A stretch of DNA of 64,000 bases from positions 18,188,534 through 18,252,533 of the forward strand of contig CM120644.1 of assembly GCA_051362555.1 (NCBI GenBank), in the 5' to 3' direction. The notes beneath the pieces were generated by a model that did not search any database, was not told where the DNA came from, and saw only the letters and a list, made by a program, of their open reading frames with translations. The position numbers were made by a program, and so were the translations under genes. Position 1 is the stretch's first letter; every line of letters starts with the position of its first letter. Below, in pieces: positions 37,966-50,458 of this stretch. The stretch comes from Lingula anatina (taxonomy: Eukaryota > Animalia > Brachiopoda).

Positions 37966-39960
37966 TTTTTTGAATCTGGGTCACACGCTAGCCTGTAATT
38001 AAAAAAAAATAATAAAATAAATGAATAACACACTGTTTGGTATTCAAATACAATACAATATATGTAAATTATATATAAACGAACATTAGTTTTCCAAATT
38101 AATAGATATCCATTTTTAGAAGCATTGTTTTTTGTAAAATCGCCTTAAAATAACCTCTACGATAAATTGTCTCCAAGCTAATCATTGCTCCTCCACAAAG
38201 ATTACTTGCAGAAACAATGAGCAGCTAGCTACCTTGGCCCCCAACAGGAACCCAAAATCGCCTAATGTAAACTATATTTAAAATATGGATCGAAGCCTTG
38301 AAACAGACACTAAATAATATGTAAGAAGCTAACAAGACATCTTGGTTTTCTTTGATAATTCAGAAAAGTAGTAAGAAAAATGTTTTGAAAACAGGTCCAT
38401 ATTAAAGGACAATTCCTTTGATTACCGTATGTTGTAACTGTAATAAAGTTTACCAAAAGAATCCACAACAATTAAAAAAAAACCCGAAAGTGTCTCAGAG
38501 CTGCAAGCCGTCTAAAATTCCGTGCAACATGTTTCTATACCGCTAGAAATGTGCAGCAATAAAAAACATGGTAATATTTGTGGCCAATCCTGTATAATTT
38601 AACAACTCGTGATAAAATTTCATATGAATATGCAATCTTACTTCAACTACCCATCACTTCTTCATTTGGACACAGACTTGCAGTAATAATATGTTTTCTG
38701 AAAATCGTTGTTCGTACCATATGCTGATACCATACACTTTCATATAAATATGCAATCTAACTTCAACTACCCATCGTTTTCCTCATTTGGACACAGATAA
38801 ATTCTCTTCCAAATTAGCCGAATAAAGCACATAAAAGCCATCAAATTGTTTTGTTTACAACTAAACTGTACCAATCCATTGTTTCAACTCAAAGTGAAAT
38901 ACTTGAATACTTGCAGTATTTATACTTTTTCTGAAATTTCGTACCATATGCTGATCCTTTACCTGTAAAGCTTATGCTCCGAACGCGCCTTTTTTTTCTG
39001 ATAAAAGCCTTTATTGTCCTTTGCAGAGCGATGCTTTAATCTCATCACGAGTGACGCAGAGTATTTCTTCATTCTTTCCGTTATTGCGCATGCCCATTTT
39101 CCCGATAATTTTATTGGATACAATAATGACTACGAAATGAGTGTCTGCATATGTTGGTAAAGACAGATAAAATGAATATATATTGTTTCTCTAGCTTTTA
39201 TATTTTTTGTATTACTTTCCGTTGTTTTTAGCGCATTTGGTTTAACTCCGGTGAACTGTTATACATATTTATATATGTACACTATATATTTCTTCTGATT
39301 CAATCTTCATTATATTACGATTATATCAAGTGTAATCTACCCCACTGCGACTTTAATTCTTAACATAAATTCTGGGTCGGTTTTTTTTTTATGTATGTTA
39401 ACATTAACGTAGTAGATAGATACCTGTATGTTTGTTATGCGGGCTTTCAACGATGTGTTTTTCTTCATTTATTTTATTCGCCATAATTCTCATTTGTTTG
39501 TAATGGAAACAAGGGCAAAGCTTTGTAAGGCTAGGAAATAATTTTTTAGCCGATATGCTTAAGATGAGTTTAGCTACATGACTTCCATTTCGTTGGCTCG
39601 AAACATTTCTTTTAATGTGATAGATGCGTTATACATGTAGTTAGCGTATTCATTTGACCAGTTTGAAAACAGCGGACAATACATATAATCATACGTATAG
39701 TGTATAATTAGGTAATAAAACCCCAAATGCTGCCAGTCGTTGCCTTTGTGTCTGTATTCTACAGCAATAATATAACATAAACAGAGCAATTTCTGTGTCG
39801 CACCTAAAACATTCAAGCAACGAAGCACTGTGATCTCTCGTGCGTGAGAAAAGAACTCTGAAAGCAACTGCAATAGATCATCTAACTTTACATTGTGCTT
39901 TACGAATCTGGTTTGGATTCATATTAAAACTGGATAACAAATGTTTTGTATGTACATATT

Positions 39961-40265
39961 TATGTCCGACAGGCCATATATGTCCAACGACCAGAGAAGG
40001 CCAGATATGTCCTACGAACAGAGAAGGCCAGATATGTCCTACGACCAGAGAAGGCCAGATATGTCCGACAAAAAAAAGAGCCAGATGTGTCCGACAGGCC
40101 AGATATATACAACACAACCGGTTCTTTTTGTCGGACACATCTGGCTCTTTTTTTCGGACATATCTGGCTTGTCGGACACATCTGGCTCTTTTTTGTCGGA
40201 CATATCTCCCCCTGTTTTCTGGCCGTAGGACATATCTGGCCTGTCGGACATATCGGGTTGTCACA
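39961..40265. mobile_element. Foldback-type element with tandem subrepeats in inverted arms
   Basis: Left arm (gccagatatgtcc[gt]ac..)n; right arm (tgtcggaca[ct]atctggc..)n; right terminus ...gggttgtcACA. Confidence 0.7.
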
Positions 40266-41729
40266 TTCAGAAGATTTGAAATAGTAACCAATTTGCCCAC
40301 AATATGAGTAAGTGCACGTAGTATGAAGACTCCATAACATCAATGACGTCGTTATTTACCACCAAGGTCAATAACACTGAAAGTGACTCAAACGTCGGCA
40401 TATATCGAGGCAATTGAAATATTCATTTAGTGTTAACATTTCACTGCACCCATTCTCAACAACATGGAAAAGTTGCTTGCGTCACACCATGATATTAATC
40501 CAGTCTTCTTATACATCACAAATGTAAGGATACGGTCTAGGTTTAAAGCAGTGTTTTTTAGAGAAAAAGTATAGTCATCTGTAGACTGTTTCAGTGTCAC
40601 TTGCTGAGTAAAAGACATTTTAAAAGGTTTTTATAAATGCAGTATGTGCTACATATTACGAAAACCGTGGCACACTGTACAGGTAGTTTCACTGTAAAGC
40701 ACCTTGAGATTGGTGTTACATGTGGAATTACTTGATCTGCAGCAACAAAATTCAACGCATTACTGAAATATATGATAATTCCTGTGTATTGTAATCCACT
40801 CGTCATCGACTGTCACGTTTTCAAAATCTTATTTTCATTTCCCACAATGTAAAACTATATGATTCATACAGACTGCCACCTTAAAAAGTATTTATACAGG
40901 CTGCCAAGTTAAAAAAAGTTCAAGGCTGCTACCATTAAAATTCAATTAAAATTATGGTGCTTTTTTAATGAATATGTAATTTGTGGTTCTTATCACTTAA
41001 ACGACAAGGCAATGTATCGATATAATTTGCACTACATTTTTTCAGCTCATTGTTCTTTCTTATATATAGTGAATTAACTTATGTCATATTCCACAATAGC
41101 ATCTTAATTACATATTTACGTTAATCTCTTCTCAGCCCGCATACGCTGCTGGAAATGTGTAGAGCAGGAAGGAGGGAAGCAGTATATTGTTCGTGATATG
41201 GTACTGTTATCACTGTACAGGCAATAAAAGAGAGGCCTCAAACATCCGAATTCATCAGAGTATCTCTGAACACAGGACCAACAAGGTAAGAAGAGTGATT
41301 TTCAGCAAAAAGAACACGATTGAAAGGAAATTGGCTCTGCATTTGAATGACAAGCTGATACTTTTTTTACTGCGAGTCATGGCGTTTTGCTACAGGTTTT
41401 ATATGAGAGCGATTTTTGATAAAGACACTGTTCTGTTTTACAACGTAGAAAATGGTGGGTGTGCTGTGAGTTTCATTGCAGTGTTTCCCTCCCATTTCGA
41501 AGATGTCTTTTTTGTACATGGAATCTTGAGGAAAATTTGTGCTCAACCCTGTGGGTTCAGCTATTCCCACATCCAAAGGTTTATATTATATTATATTGTA
41601 TTATATAATATTATATTATATTATATTTTTTGGTGTTTTGATTTTAGCACATGTCCATTGAGTTGACCACAGAGAAGGGAAGTGTGGTGTTTATAAAGAT
41701 ATATCTGGACGCCATAAAACTCGAAAACT

Positions 41730-44700
41730 ATGAGAAGAACGATGTTAGCAAGGTAATTTAAAGGATGAACGCAAGCATATTGAATAAAGAATAAAGCATT
41801 CTAGACCAACAGTCACTCGGTTTAAATGTTTACATGGGGATTTCGTGGCCCCCGTTTTACAAAGAATCTTAAATATGTAGTTAACTAGCTCAAACTGCAG
41901 TCTACTAGGAGTGTTTCACAAATAATCTGAAGTCCTACAGTACTGTCTAGGTTTGTTTGCTTACAGAAATTGACGTGCTCGAGGAACTTTTCAAGAAAAG
42001 GAGGTATAAATAGAAAGATAAAAGGACATTTGTTTTTGAACTTATTGATTGCTTAAACTTCAATACAATTTCAAAATAATAGTAAATATTAGCTGGTCTT
42101 GAAACGTTAACTATGCAATCTGACGTCTAGCGATCCAAAGTACTAGTATAAACAAACCGGCGATCTGCTGGGTGATATTTCATTTAATTTCTTTTTTATT
42201 TATAAAATCAACACATTTCAGTAACATTCAAATATGTTATAACATAATATCTTGAAGAAGGTATGCACTTTCAATTTAATTACGTTGGTAACCAAACTCT
42301 TCGCCAGGGAACCCGACTTTTGTGAAACATGGGCTTGTCCCTAATTTGTGAAAAAAATCTCGTCATTGTTTAAGTGTGAAAGTTGCGTTGTTTACGGCAT
42401 TTTTCCGGGAATTATTCCATCGACAGAACGTTCGATGTGCCATTATTATTTACGTGGAGCGTTCCTAACAGGACACTGCTTCCCCCTTTTTTTCTGGAAA
42501 TTTTCTGGGCCTGAAATTTGAACAAATCTGTATGATATAGTAAAGGCTTTTCCAACAGTATACTGACACGTATAGATCACAACGGTAGGGAACAGGCACG
42601 GGTGCGTGTAACAAACTCCTTTATGTTAATAAGAAAACAAAGAAGCAGATTTTTGTTCCAGGCTATGTTGGTTTTTTCTCCGTCTTCAGGCAATTCACTT
42701 TCAGAATTACTCTCTTTGTCTGATGTTTCTGTAAGTTTTAACAAAAAATATGACTCCGACTATATGCATATATAAATGTATGTCTTTTATACTGTGTAAA
42801 TATTGTACCCTAGTTAGCCTAGAAATTTATCCTCATTTATTGCTCATTCAGTGCTCAAGAAACTTATTTTTATAATTATTAGCTGAACTTTGCCGAACCG
42901 CATTCTGTTGTTGAATCTGGAATACGTGTAGCTTCACTAGTCTCATCTACCTTCTTGATTCTTATCAGAGGGACTTGGCAGAAACCTCTCTTGTATAATA
43001 TTTTATTTTACTCTTTTACCCCATGATTAATTGTTTTAATTCATCTTTCCGCTGAGTGAAAAGGGATATACAAATCCATCTTAATATTATTTGCTTTAAC
43101 TCTTATGTCCTAGTTGTATTTTCGTTCTAGGTATGCCATCAAGGCGGTTGGCCTTGTGGCGTTTTTGGGTTTGTTGGCTTACCTTACCATCTACCGGAAA
43201 AACATCGTTTCTTTCACGGCTAACCTCCAGACAAAAACCAAACAGTCGGGTAAGGACCTAGAATGGAGCTATAGCGTTTTCATGGGATTACCGAGAAACT
43301 TGACCTGCGAAAGATGGATCGTTGTGGATGCGGGAAAACATGCATCCGCCCAACTAATTGAAAAAGTGTCTGATAGACTACATTTTCCCTGGTGCGCTAT
43401 TGTAGTCTCAGATACGTTAACAACGTCTTTGCATGTCATTTTACCAAATAAACAAAATAGCATAGTATACTTAAATGGTGCGACTAAATACAGCAGTCTT
43501 TTCAAGTCCCCAGTGAGTAGAAAAACGATCGGCTACTTGTTTGCTATAACCAGTGGAGCCACTATGATATACGAGGACGATGGAGGAATGGGATATGAAT
43601 GGCTGGCCTCTAGTCCGCCTCTTGATAACAAAAGGGCTGAGGCCCCTCTCGTTATACCAGCAGGTACAGTGAACTTTTGGAACCCATATTCATATTTCTA
43701 CTCTGGAAGTGATGTCTGGCCTCGAGGTTTCCCAGGTAGCATGGCCAACCGTCCTGCCTGCAATGCTCCTCCAGTGCCATACGCACTGCGTAATTCAAGG
43801 GTATTACTTGTGCATTATGTCATAGATGGGTATGCTGATGTGCCAGAAAAAATTCTCAAGTCGCCATTGAAATTTGACAAATCCATTAGTGGTCCAGTAG
43901 AAGTGCAAGAAGCCACATTTGTACCCTATAGCCACCATTCAACGCTACATATGTATGATGCATTTTGGGGACTTCTAGTACCCACTACATGTGAGGTGTC
44001 GATATCTGATATTATTCGTGGTTATATCACTCAAAGACTGCTGTGGGACATAAACGGTAGTATGTCGGTCTCGCCGCCCTGGACAAAGAGAGCAAACCCA
44101 TCCCGTCAAACACTGTGGAAAAGCTCTCATACATCTAACAAAACTGTAATCGAAATAGTCAAACACTTAATGGCGTGGTCTAGCAAGTCGCCATCAATTG
44201 ATACGAGGTTGAAAGAACTGTATCTACATTTATTTGAGAAAGGAATCATTTTGAAAGAAGATCTAGTGGTATTAGACACCTGGATAGAGTTGCTGACGGC
44301 CGTTGGGTATGTCTTCCCGCGAGCCCAAGTACCAAGCTGGGCTGAAAGAAGGGCGATGGCCAAACCCTGGGACGGTGTAAGGTTGTGTGTTCATTTCAAC
44401 CATGTCCCCAACAAGCAAGCATTTACAACACTGTACCAAATGTACAGTAGACATTTTAAAGAGTTATCATTCACTGGGGAAGGTACTAGGCAACCGTTTA
44501 TGGACCCAAGTGTTCATTTTCTGCCCTGTAACGATCAAGAAGGTGGCATTTTTCTGCATCGTTGTCTTCCTAAGCACTTAACGTATGGTGGGTTTGGAAA
44601 CAATAGCACGCCGTATCTTTTTGTAAGTGATGATACCTTCTTCAATCTTTCATCCTTTTTGTCCTATCGCCGGGATGTTCTGTGGATATTGGGACCTTTA

Positions 44701-45195
44701 CAAACACTGGACATTGACGTCACGTGGCCAGATGGGTGGCGTTGGTGGCCGTTGCCGTACGGTGGCGCTGCGCTGCGGAGAATAATCGATATTCTGCCTG
44801 GAGAATGGAGGGACCACTTGGCCCTCGTGAAAAATTGGACACTATCAGGAAAACGATTGATTTCTAGGTATAACGCAGATACTGTATTCATTCCAAATAA
44901 CCAGTACAAAACACGTTTTATTGAAGTTTTAAAATGGTTGATGGGACCGAACATGCCACGATTATTTGCTGAAATCGCTACCCCATTGCTAGTTGACCTT
45001 ATAACCACCGAGAAGCCGGACCGACCCGATGTCATTCAATTAAAAAACAATCATCCCCGTGCTGGTCTCGATACGGCACTTAAGGCGCGGTCGTGCAATT
45101 TACTTCATCCTTTAAAGTTGTCCAATGACAGGAATAGGCTAATTTGGCTGTCCATGTTTAAGAGTGTGGAAAGGATTTTACAGACGCCTCCATAG
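41730..45195 (+). CDS. STELLO-like (DUF288) type II membrane glycosyltransferase; probable join(41730..41752,43131..45195), 695 aa
   Basis: Motifs WIVV, RKTIGYLFAI..GA..IYEDD, NPY, WPRGFP, DIIRGYITQRLLWDI, YLFVSDDTFFN; N-terminal TM AVGLVAFLGLLAYLTIY. The track ORF starts at TTG; ATGAGAAGAACGATGTTAGCAAG|gtaatt splices in frame to ttctag|G TAT GCC (first exon less certain than the main exon). Confidence 0.82.
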
Positions 45196-46654
45196 TTGAA
45201 CTGAAAATGTCATGATGAATAAGCTGTTATGGAAGAAAGGGATAGTATCCTTCATAACTGACCTGCTTGTTGGAAGCAATTATATCTGCAGATTTGCAGA
45301 TATAATTGCAGTGCCTCATCGGATCGCATGCTACTAGACATGTGCATTTTGATGCTTATTGCGTATCGATTTGAATGCATTAAGTGGTATTTTAAAAGTT
45401 TGATGATTATTTTTACTTTTATGGAAAATTACTGTGGAAGGCTATATTTGAGGGGTTGCATGTTCTTAATTTAAATAAATGAAGTTAAATATAAATATCT
45501 TCAAAGGAAATTGGGCTTTTTTAACCTTAAGTCATCTCCAAGTTGGTTGATGGAACAAAAAGTACTAATCAGACTGCCATGTGATTATTTGTAAACAAAC
45601 GCACATCAGATTGAAGGTAGAACAACTCAAATGAGCCTGAGTGAGTCATCCAGCCGTTTCGAGGATATGCGACTATAAAATAATTGCCCAAGGAAGCAAA
45701 ATATAACCGTGCAAGAGTATATTGGATCTAATGTAAAACAAGTCTCATCATTTTGAGAAAAATTAAAAACCAGACATTTATTTTATCGTTTTACTTGCCA
45801 CAGACAATTAAAACAATTAATGTTATTTAAAAACTAATTTATGTAGCCAAATGTTCACAAGCACAACGAAGCCCTGTTTTTGCTCCAAATTAAGTAAGAT
45901 AAGTCCATATGACTGAAATTGTCATTTATTAATGACGAAAACTAATAAGATACAAAGTTATAAAATTGGGGAGATAATCAAACATCCCCCAAACTATATA
46001 AGTGCCAAATATAAAAATAATAAAGTATGTTACTGAATGTAACCAGGATTAATTATGAAAAATATGAGAAATCACAACAGCTATAGGAGCAAAAAGTTGG
46101 CGCAAATGAAAATAAAAGGTGGCTGGGGAAAACTAAATAATCCGAGGAAAATAAAGTCACCAAGTAACAAATAGCCCTCCCCTAATCTTGAAACCACAAA
46201 AGTGATGACTGGTAACCAGTGTACAAATAACAATAAAGAAACGTAAGTAATAATACAGTGTAGCTGCTAAAACTGCGGGTAAATATATCCGCAGCTACAA
46301 AGCTGAATTACTTCTCACTGAATGCAGCTCGATGGAATTAATCTCCAAAACATCTTTCATAGAATATACATGTGTGTGCCTAGATACACAGCAGCTAAGA
46401 CATTCCTTAACCCTGGACATCTGTTATCACCTTGCTTTGGTCAACTACTTAGGGTCAAAATGTGCAGACACTAGACCCAAACAAAACGTTGATGTATTAC
46501 CAAAAAGTTAAAAGCACCACTAAAACAAACCATTTGCTACATAAATACAATTAATTGTCTTAATTGTAGTTATAAAGTGCTAATTTTCTACTGTAGATTT
46601 CCAGTAATTTATTGTAACGTTATATTTCGCCATGATTTTTATAAATGCAATGTA

Positions 46655-48318
46655 CAGCATTGGTCAAAAAGGTTGTCCCACCCCCATTTCCATGTACTTT
46701 TATTTACAAATGATCACCTCACAGCTGTGAACTGTTAGAAATAGTGCTTTTTATTACGGATACCGTGTCTAACATGATTAATGGTTAAAACAATACAAAA
46801 TAGTGGTGAAAATATACACATTTTATACCATTTAGTAAAATTTATAAGAGGTACCCCCTCAAATCGACTGTTCCACTGCAACTTCTACAGATGTAAAGAA
46901 ATATCTATAAAATTGAAAAGGCGCCATCAAATGTCACCAAATTCACACACAATTAGCATTAGGGTGTGCTCGTTAAAGATCACGTGCCTAACAGCGTGTG
47001 CATCTACCGCGTACTGCAATTATCTCCTGTAGACGGCGCGACAAGCCTTCAACATGGGTAACAATTCTGTTATGTGGGATATTGTCCCATTCATCCTAAA
47101 GAGCGTGGCGGAATTGATCAAGATTATTTAGGAATTGGTTCTCCTCTGCAATGCACATTCCAATTTATGCCACAGGTGCTCAGTAGGATTAATATCAGGG
47201 CTCAAAGACGGTTGTCCCATCCTCAGAGCCCTGTGTTTCTGCAACAAATCGTTTGTCAGACGAGAGCTGTGAGCAAGTGCGTCGTCACAATGAAGCCAGT
47301 AGTATCCCTGAAGTCACCTCTTGCAAATGGAGTGAGATTTCTGTTGAGAATGTTACATCAAAATGCCCCTGTTACGTTTTGTTCCAAAAGGAACAAAGTA
47401 CTAATATCATGGGCTTGGAATGTTCTCCAAATGCGGATTGATCTAAAACCTCAGGCGATATTATCCTGCACACACCCTTCCAAGAGGCATTTTTAACATG
47501 TCTATGGACCCTCTTTGACCATCGATGGGATACAAGAAATAATTTGATTCTGCATCAAAATCAACTTCCTTCCAGTGATGGATGGCCAGGTTCAGGTGCC
47601 TGTGGGATCACTGAACGTAGCATTCTCAGCTGATATCTCATTCCATCTTCAAGAACTGACTTTGGGGTTAACTCCAGGCTTTATCATGACTGCACACTTG
47701 CTCACACCTCTCGCCTGACAACTGTTTGTTGAAGAAACATAATGGTCTAAGGATGGAACTACCATCTTTGAGCCCTGATATCAAACTTACTAATCAACTG
47801 TGACATGTATTCGAGTGTGCAATGCAAAGGAGAACCAACCCCATAAAAACGTGGACCAACTCCCCCAACTTCTTTAAGAAGAATGGGACAATATCCCACA
47901 AAACAGAATTGTAACCCGTGTTGAAGGCTTGTCGCGCTATCTACAGGAAATAATTGCAGTACGCGGTAGACGCACACGCTGTTAGGCAGGTGATCTTTAA
48001 TGAGCACACCCTAATGCTAATTGTGTGTGAATTTGGTGACATTTGATGGCGTCTTTTCAATTTTATAGTCATTTCTTTACATCTTTAGAAGTCACAGTGA
48101 AACAGTCGATTTGAGGGGGAACCTCTTATAAATTTTACTAAATGGTATAAAATATGTATATTTTCACCACTATTTTGTATTTTTTAAACCATTAATCATG
48201 TTAGACACGGTATACGTAATAAAAAGCACTATTTCTAACAATCAACAGCTGTTAGGTGATCATTTGTAAATAAAAGTACATGGAAATGGGGGTGGGACAA
48301 CCTTTTTGACCAATGCTG
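46655..48318. mobile_element. Non-autonomous Tc1-like transposon with very long inverted arms, copy 1
   Basis: TA|cagcattggtcaaaaaggttgtccc...caatgctg|TA; degenerate transposase 3' fragments in both arms. Confidence 0.92.
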
Positions 48319-48689
48319 TATTTGTAGAACAATTGCTGTTCAGGGACGACCTCGATTCCATATCTGCCACAGGGGCCAAATGCCAAGTGTAGAAATGCGT
48401 TATTCGCCTATTTATAATGTTCGTATTTAAGAATTCTTCAGAGCCATTAGTCGCCAAAGTTTTGGTAAAAGAAACAACCATGCGATTTGTCCATCACGAC
48501 TTAAGATGTTCACTGTTGCTTTATCAAAAATGTGCCTTTTCGATTAAAAGGTGTTCTTCAAAAGCAATTAGGTCAGCAGACACCACATGAAACCAAATAG
48601 GATATATACAATATGGCCACACGATACTCCTTGGTATATTGGAACTGGTCTGGCTATTCGGTCGGCTCAGTAGGAACGTCCCTTTTGTA

Positions 48690-49674
48690 CAGATTTAATA
48701 TGGAATATTTCAGTTTCAAAGTACGCCTAGGTAAAAATGTGTTCTTTTAAAAAAACTCCGATCTCATATAAGATATGTGAATGGAGTAGTGTGTAGTCAG
48801 GTGTTTATAGCTACCAATTAACTGATTACCTTGTCTGTTGCGCTGCTGAATTTTGTAATATACAGTGATTTAATTGGATAGTGCTCCTTTGGGCTGATCA
48901 AAACCTGGCATTGGCAAGACATGTTTCTCTCAAAAAAGTATCCATATGTCGGCAATTACTGCATAGAAGAATTTGAAATTTTGCATGTAAGCGGTCGTTT
49001 CTGCTAAGCAGCATTTTACAACATTGTTAATCTGTGTCAGAATGGCCCTAAAAATAGAGACATTGCCAGACAGATTATTTGCGCCAAACGCAACGGTCCT
49101 CAGAGTTTTATAGAGTAATTCCCAGACTGATGCACCCACACAGAGGCCACACCCAATGCGCCGAAACCTTATCACTAGGGTACAGGACCCACTGTCTTTC
49201 AGGATATGCTGCTGCAACTAAACAAAAGCCACCCAGTCTGTTCAGAATGAGCGGCAAATTGCCACCAGATCGCGTTTTTCAAGGACCCTAGCGAATACCA
49301 AACAGGTTAAATATCAGATGACCTCCGAAGAACCCACTGTAAATAGCAAAACATTGTCGTTGACCGATGCCTGACACGTTATTCCAGATTGAACTCTAAA
49401 AACCCTTTCCAAGGAATGCCTTGTCGCTTGAGAGCGCTGGTAGCAGCCAGAAGAAGTCAGGCGTAACATCTACAATTGCTTTGACTAGACACTGACTTGA
49501 GGGTCCTTTTTGGGGCGTGTAGCTCTTTGACTAACGATTATTTGGAAAATCGCTTTTAATGGTTGTTGCATGGCATAGAATAGGCAACGTATTTTGTTTG
49601 CTTCACTGGAGAATTCAATTAATAAACTGATGTCAAAATGCCATCAAAGAGATCATTAAAGGTTATCAAGTCTG
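48690..49674. mobile_element. Non-autonomous TA-flanked TIR element, copy 2 (inverted relative to 20873-22237)
   Basis: TA|caga...tatcaagtctg|TA; empty site ttttgtatatttgtg seen near 25420. Confidence 0.75.
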
Positions 49675-50458
49675 TATATTTGTGTGACCAAAGGCCACCC
49701 GTCGCGTACCGCTGTTTACATCAACGTCATAACACGCGAAGTGGAATATGTGGTATGAAGAATATTGGCGGAGGATGACAACGGTTTAAATTTGCGCCAT
49801 ATCTGTTGGATCATTCGGGGTGTGACATACTTTCATGTCACATTAAACAAAACATTACACTGCCAGTTTATCCCGCCTATTTTTATTGATATACAAAAGT
49901 TTATAATTATGATACATGTACTAGAGTAGTAGTTATGGCTCTCGTGGCAAAGCATCCATGTTCCAAGCATCAAAATTATATTTGAAATAACCATGACCCT
50001 AAGGATTCATCAGTTGTATATGAAAACGGAAATCCCTCATTAAACGTAAATGTAGAGAAATGAAGAGAGCAAAAGACATGCACTTCGGACAGGATGATTC
50101 AATGGTTTAATCTTAATAAGATATACATCTATATGATAACCAAGCATAGAGAAGAGCCAGTAGGTAAAATTTAATCTGGGCATGCCTTATCATTGCTTGC
50201 CTGGCACCGTTCCGAGAAGATTCAACTTATAGGGAAAAATGAGCTGATTTAAAACGTTGAAACTGATATTCTTATACGGACAAACTACCAATATCTAACG
50301 CACCTATCATATCTAAAACACAACATAACAACAACACATCCAAATGCTAATTGGCAAAAACAAAGGAAATAATGCACGTCTAAAAATTCAAAAGGTAAAA
50401 TGAAATCTAACCAAAAGGCCATCCCTGATTACAGGGGCACGTCTTTATGATCGCCGGC

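Larger units (their letters stand above)
30420..39493. repeat. Tandem segmental duplication (~30420-34797 and ~35786-39493), each unit carrying a subfamily-A gene
   Basis: Colinear similarity across the promoter block, (GATA)n, 3' flank, both exons, intron and ~1.5 kb upstream. Confidence 0.85.

Noticed and set aside
39961-40265. CRISPR-like repeat array
   Set aside because: Eukaryotic context, the intervening segments are themselves repeated and inverted, and there are no cas genes; better explained as a foldback element.
43114-43130. TTG start of the 693-aa track ORF
   Set aside because: It lies in a polypyrimidine/acceptor context; a spliced ATG exon at 41730-41752 fits better.
46781-47496. 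ORFs inside the Tc1-like copies as host genes
   Set aside because: Antisense to degenerate transposase; repeated only because the element is repeated.
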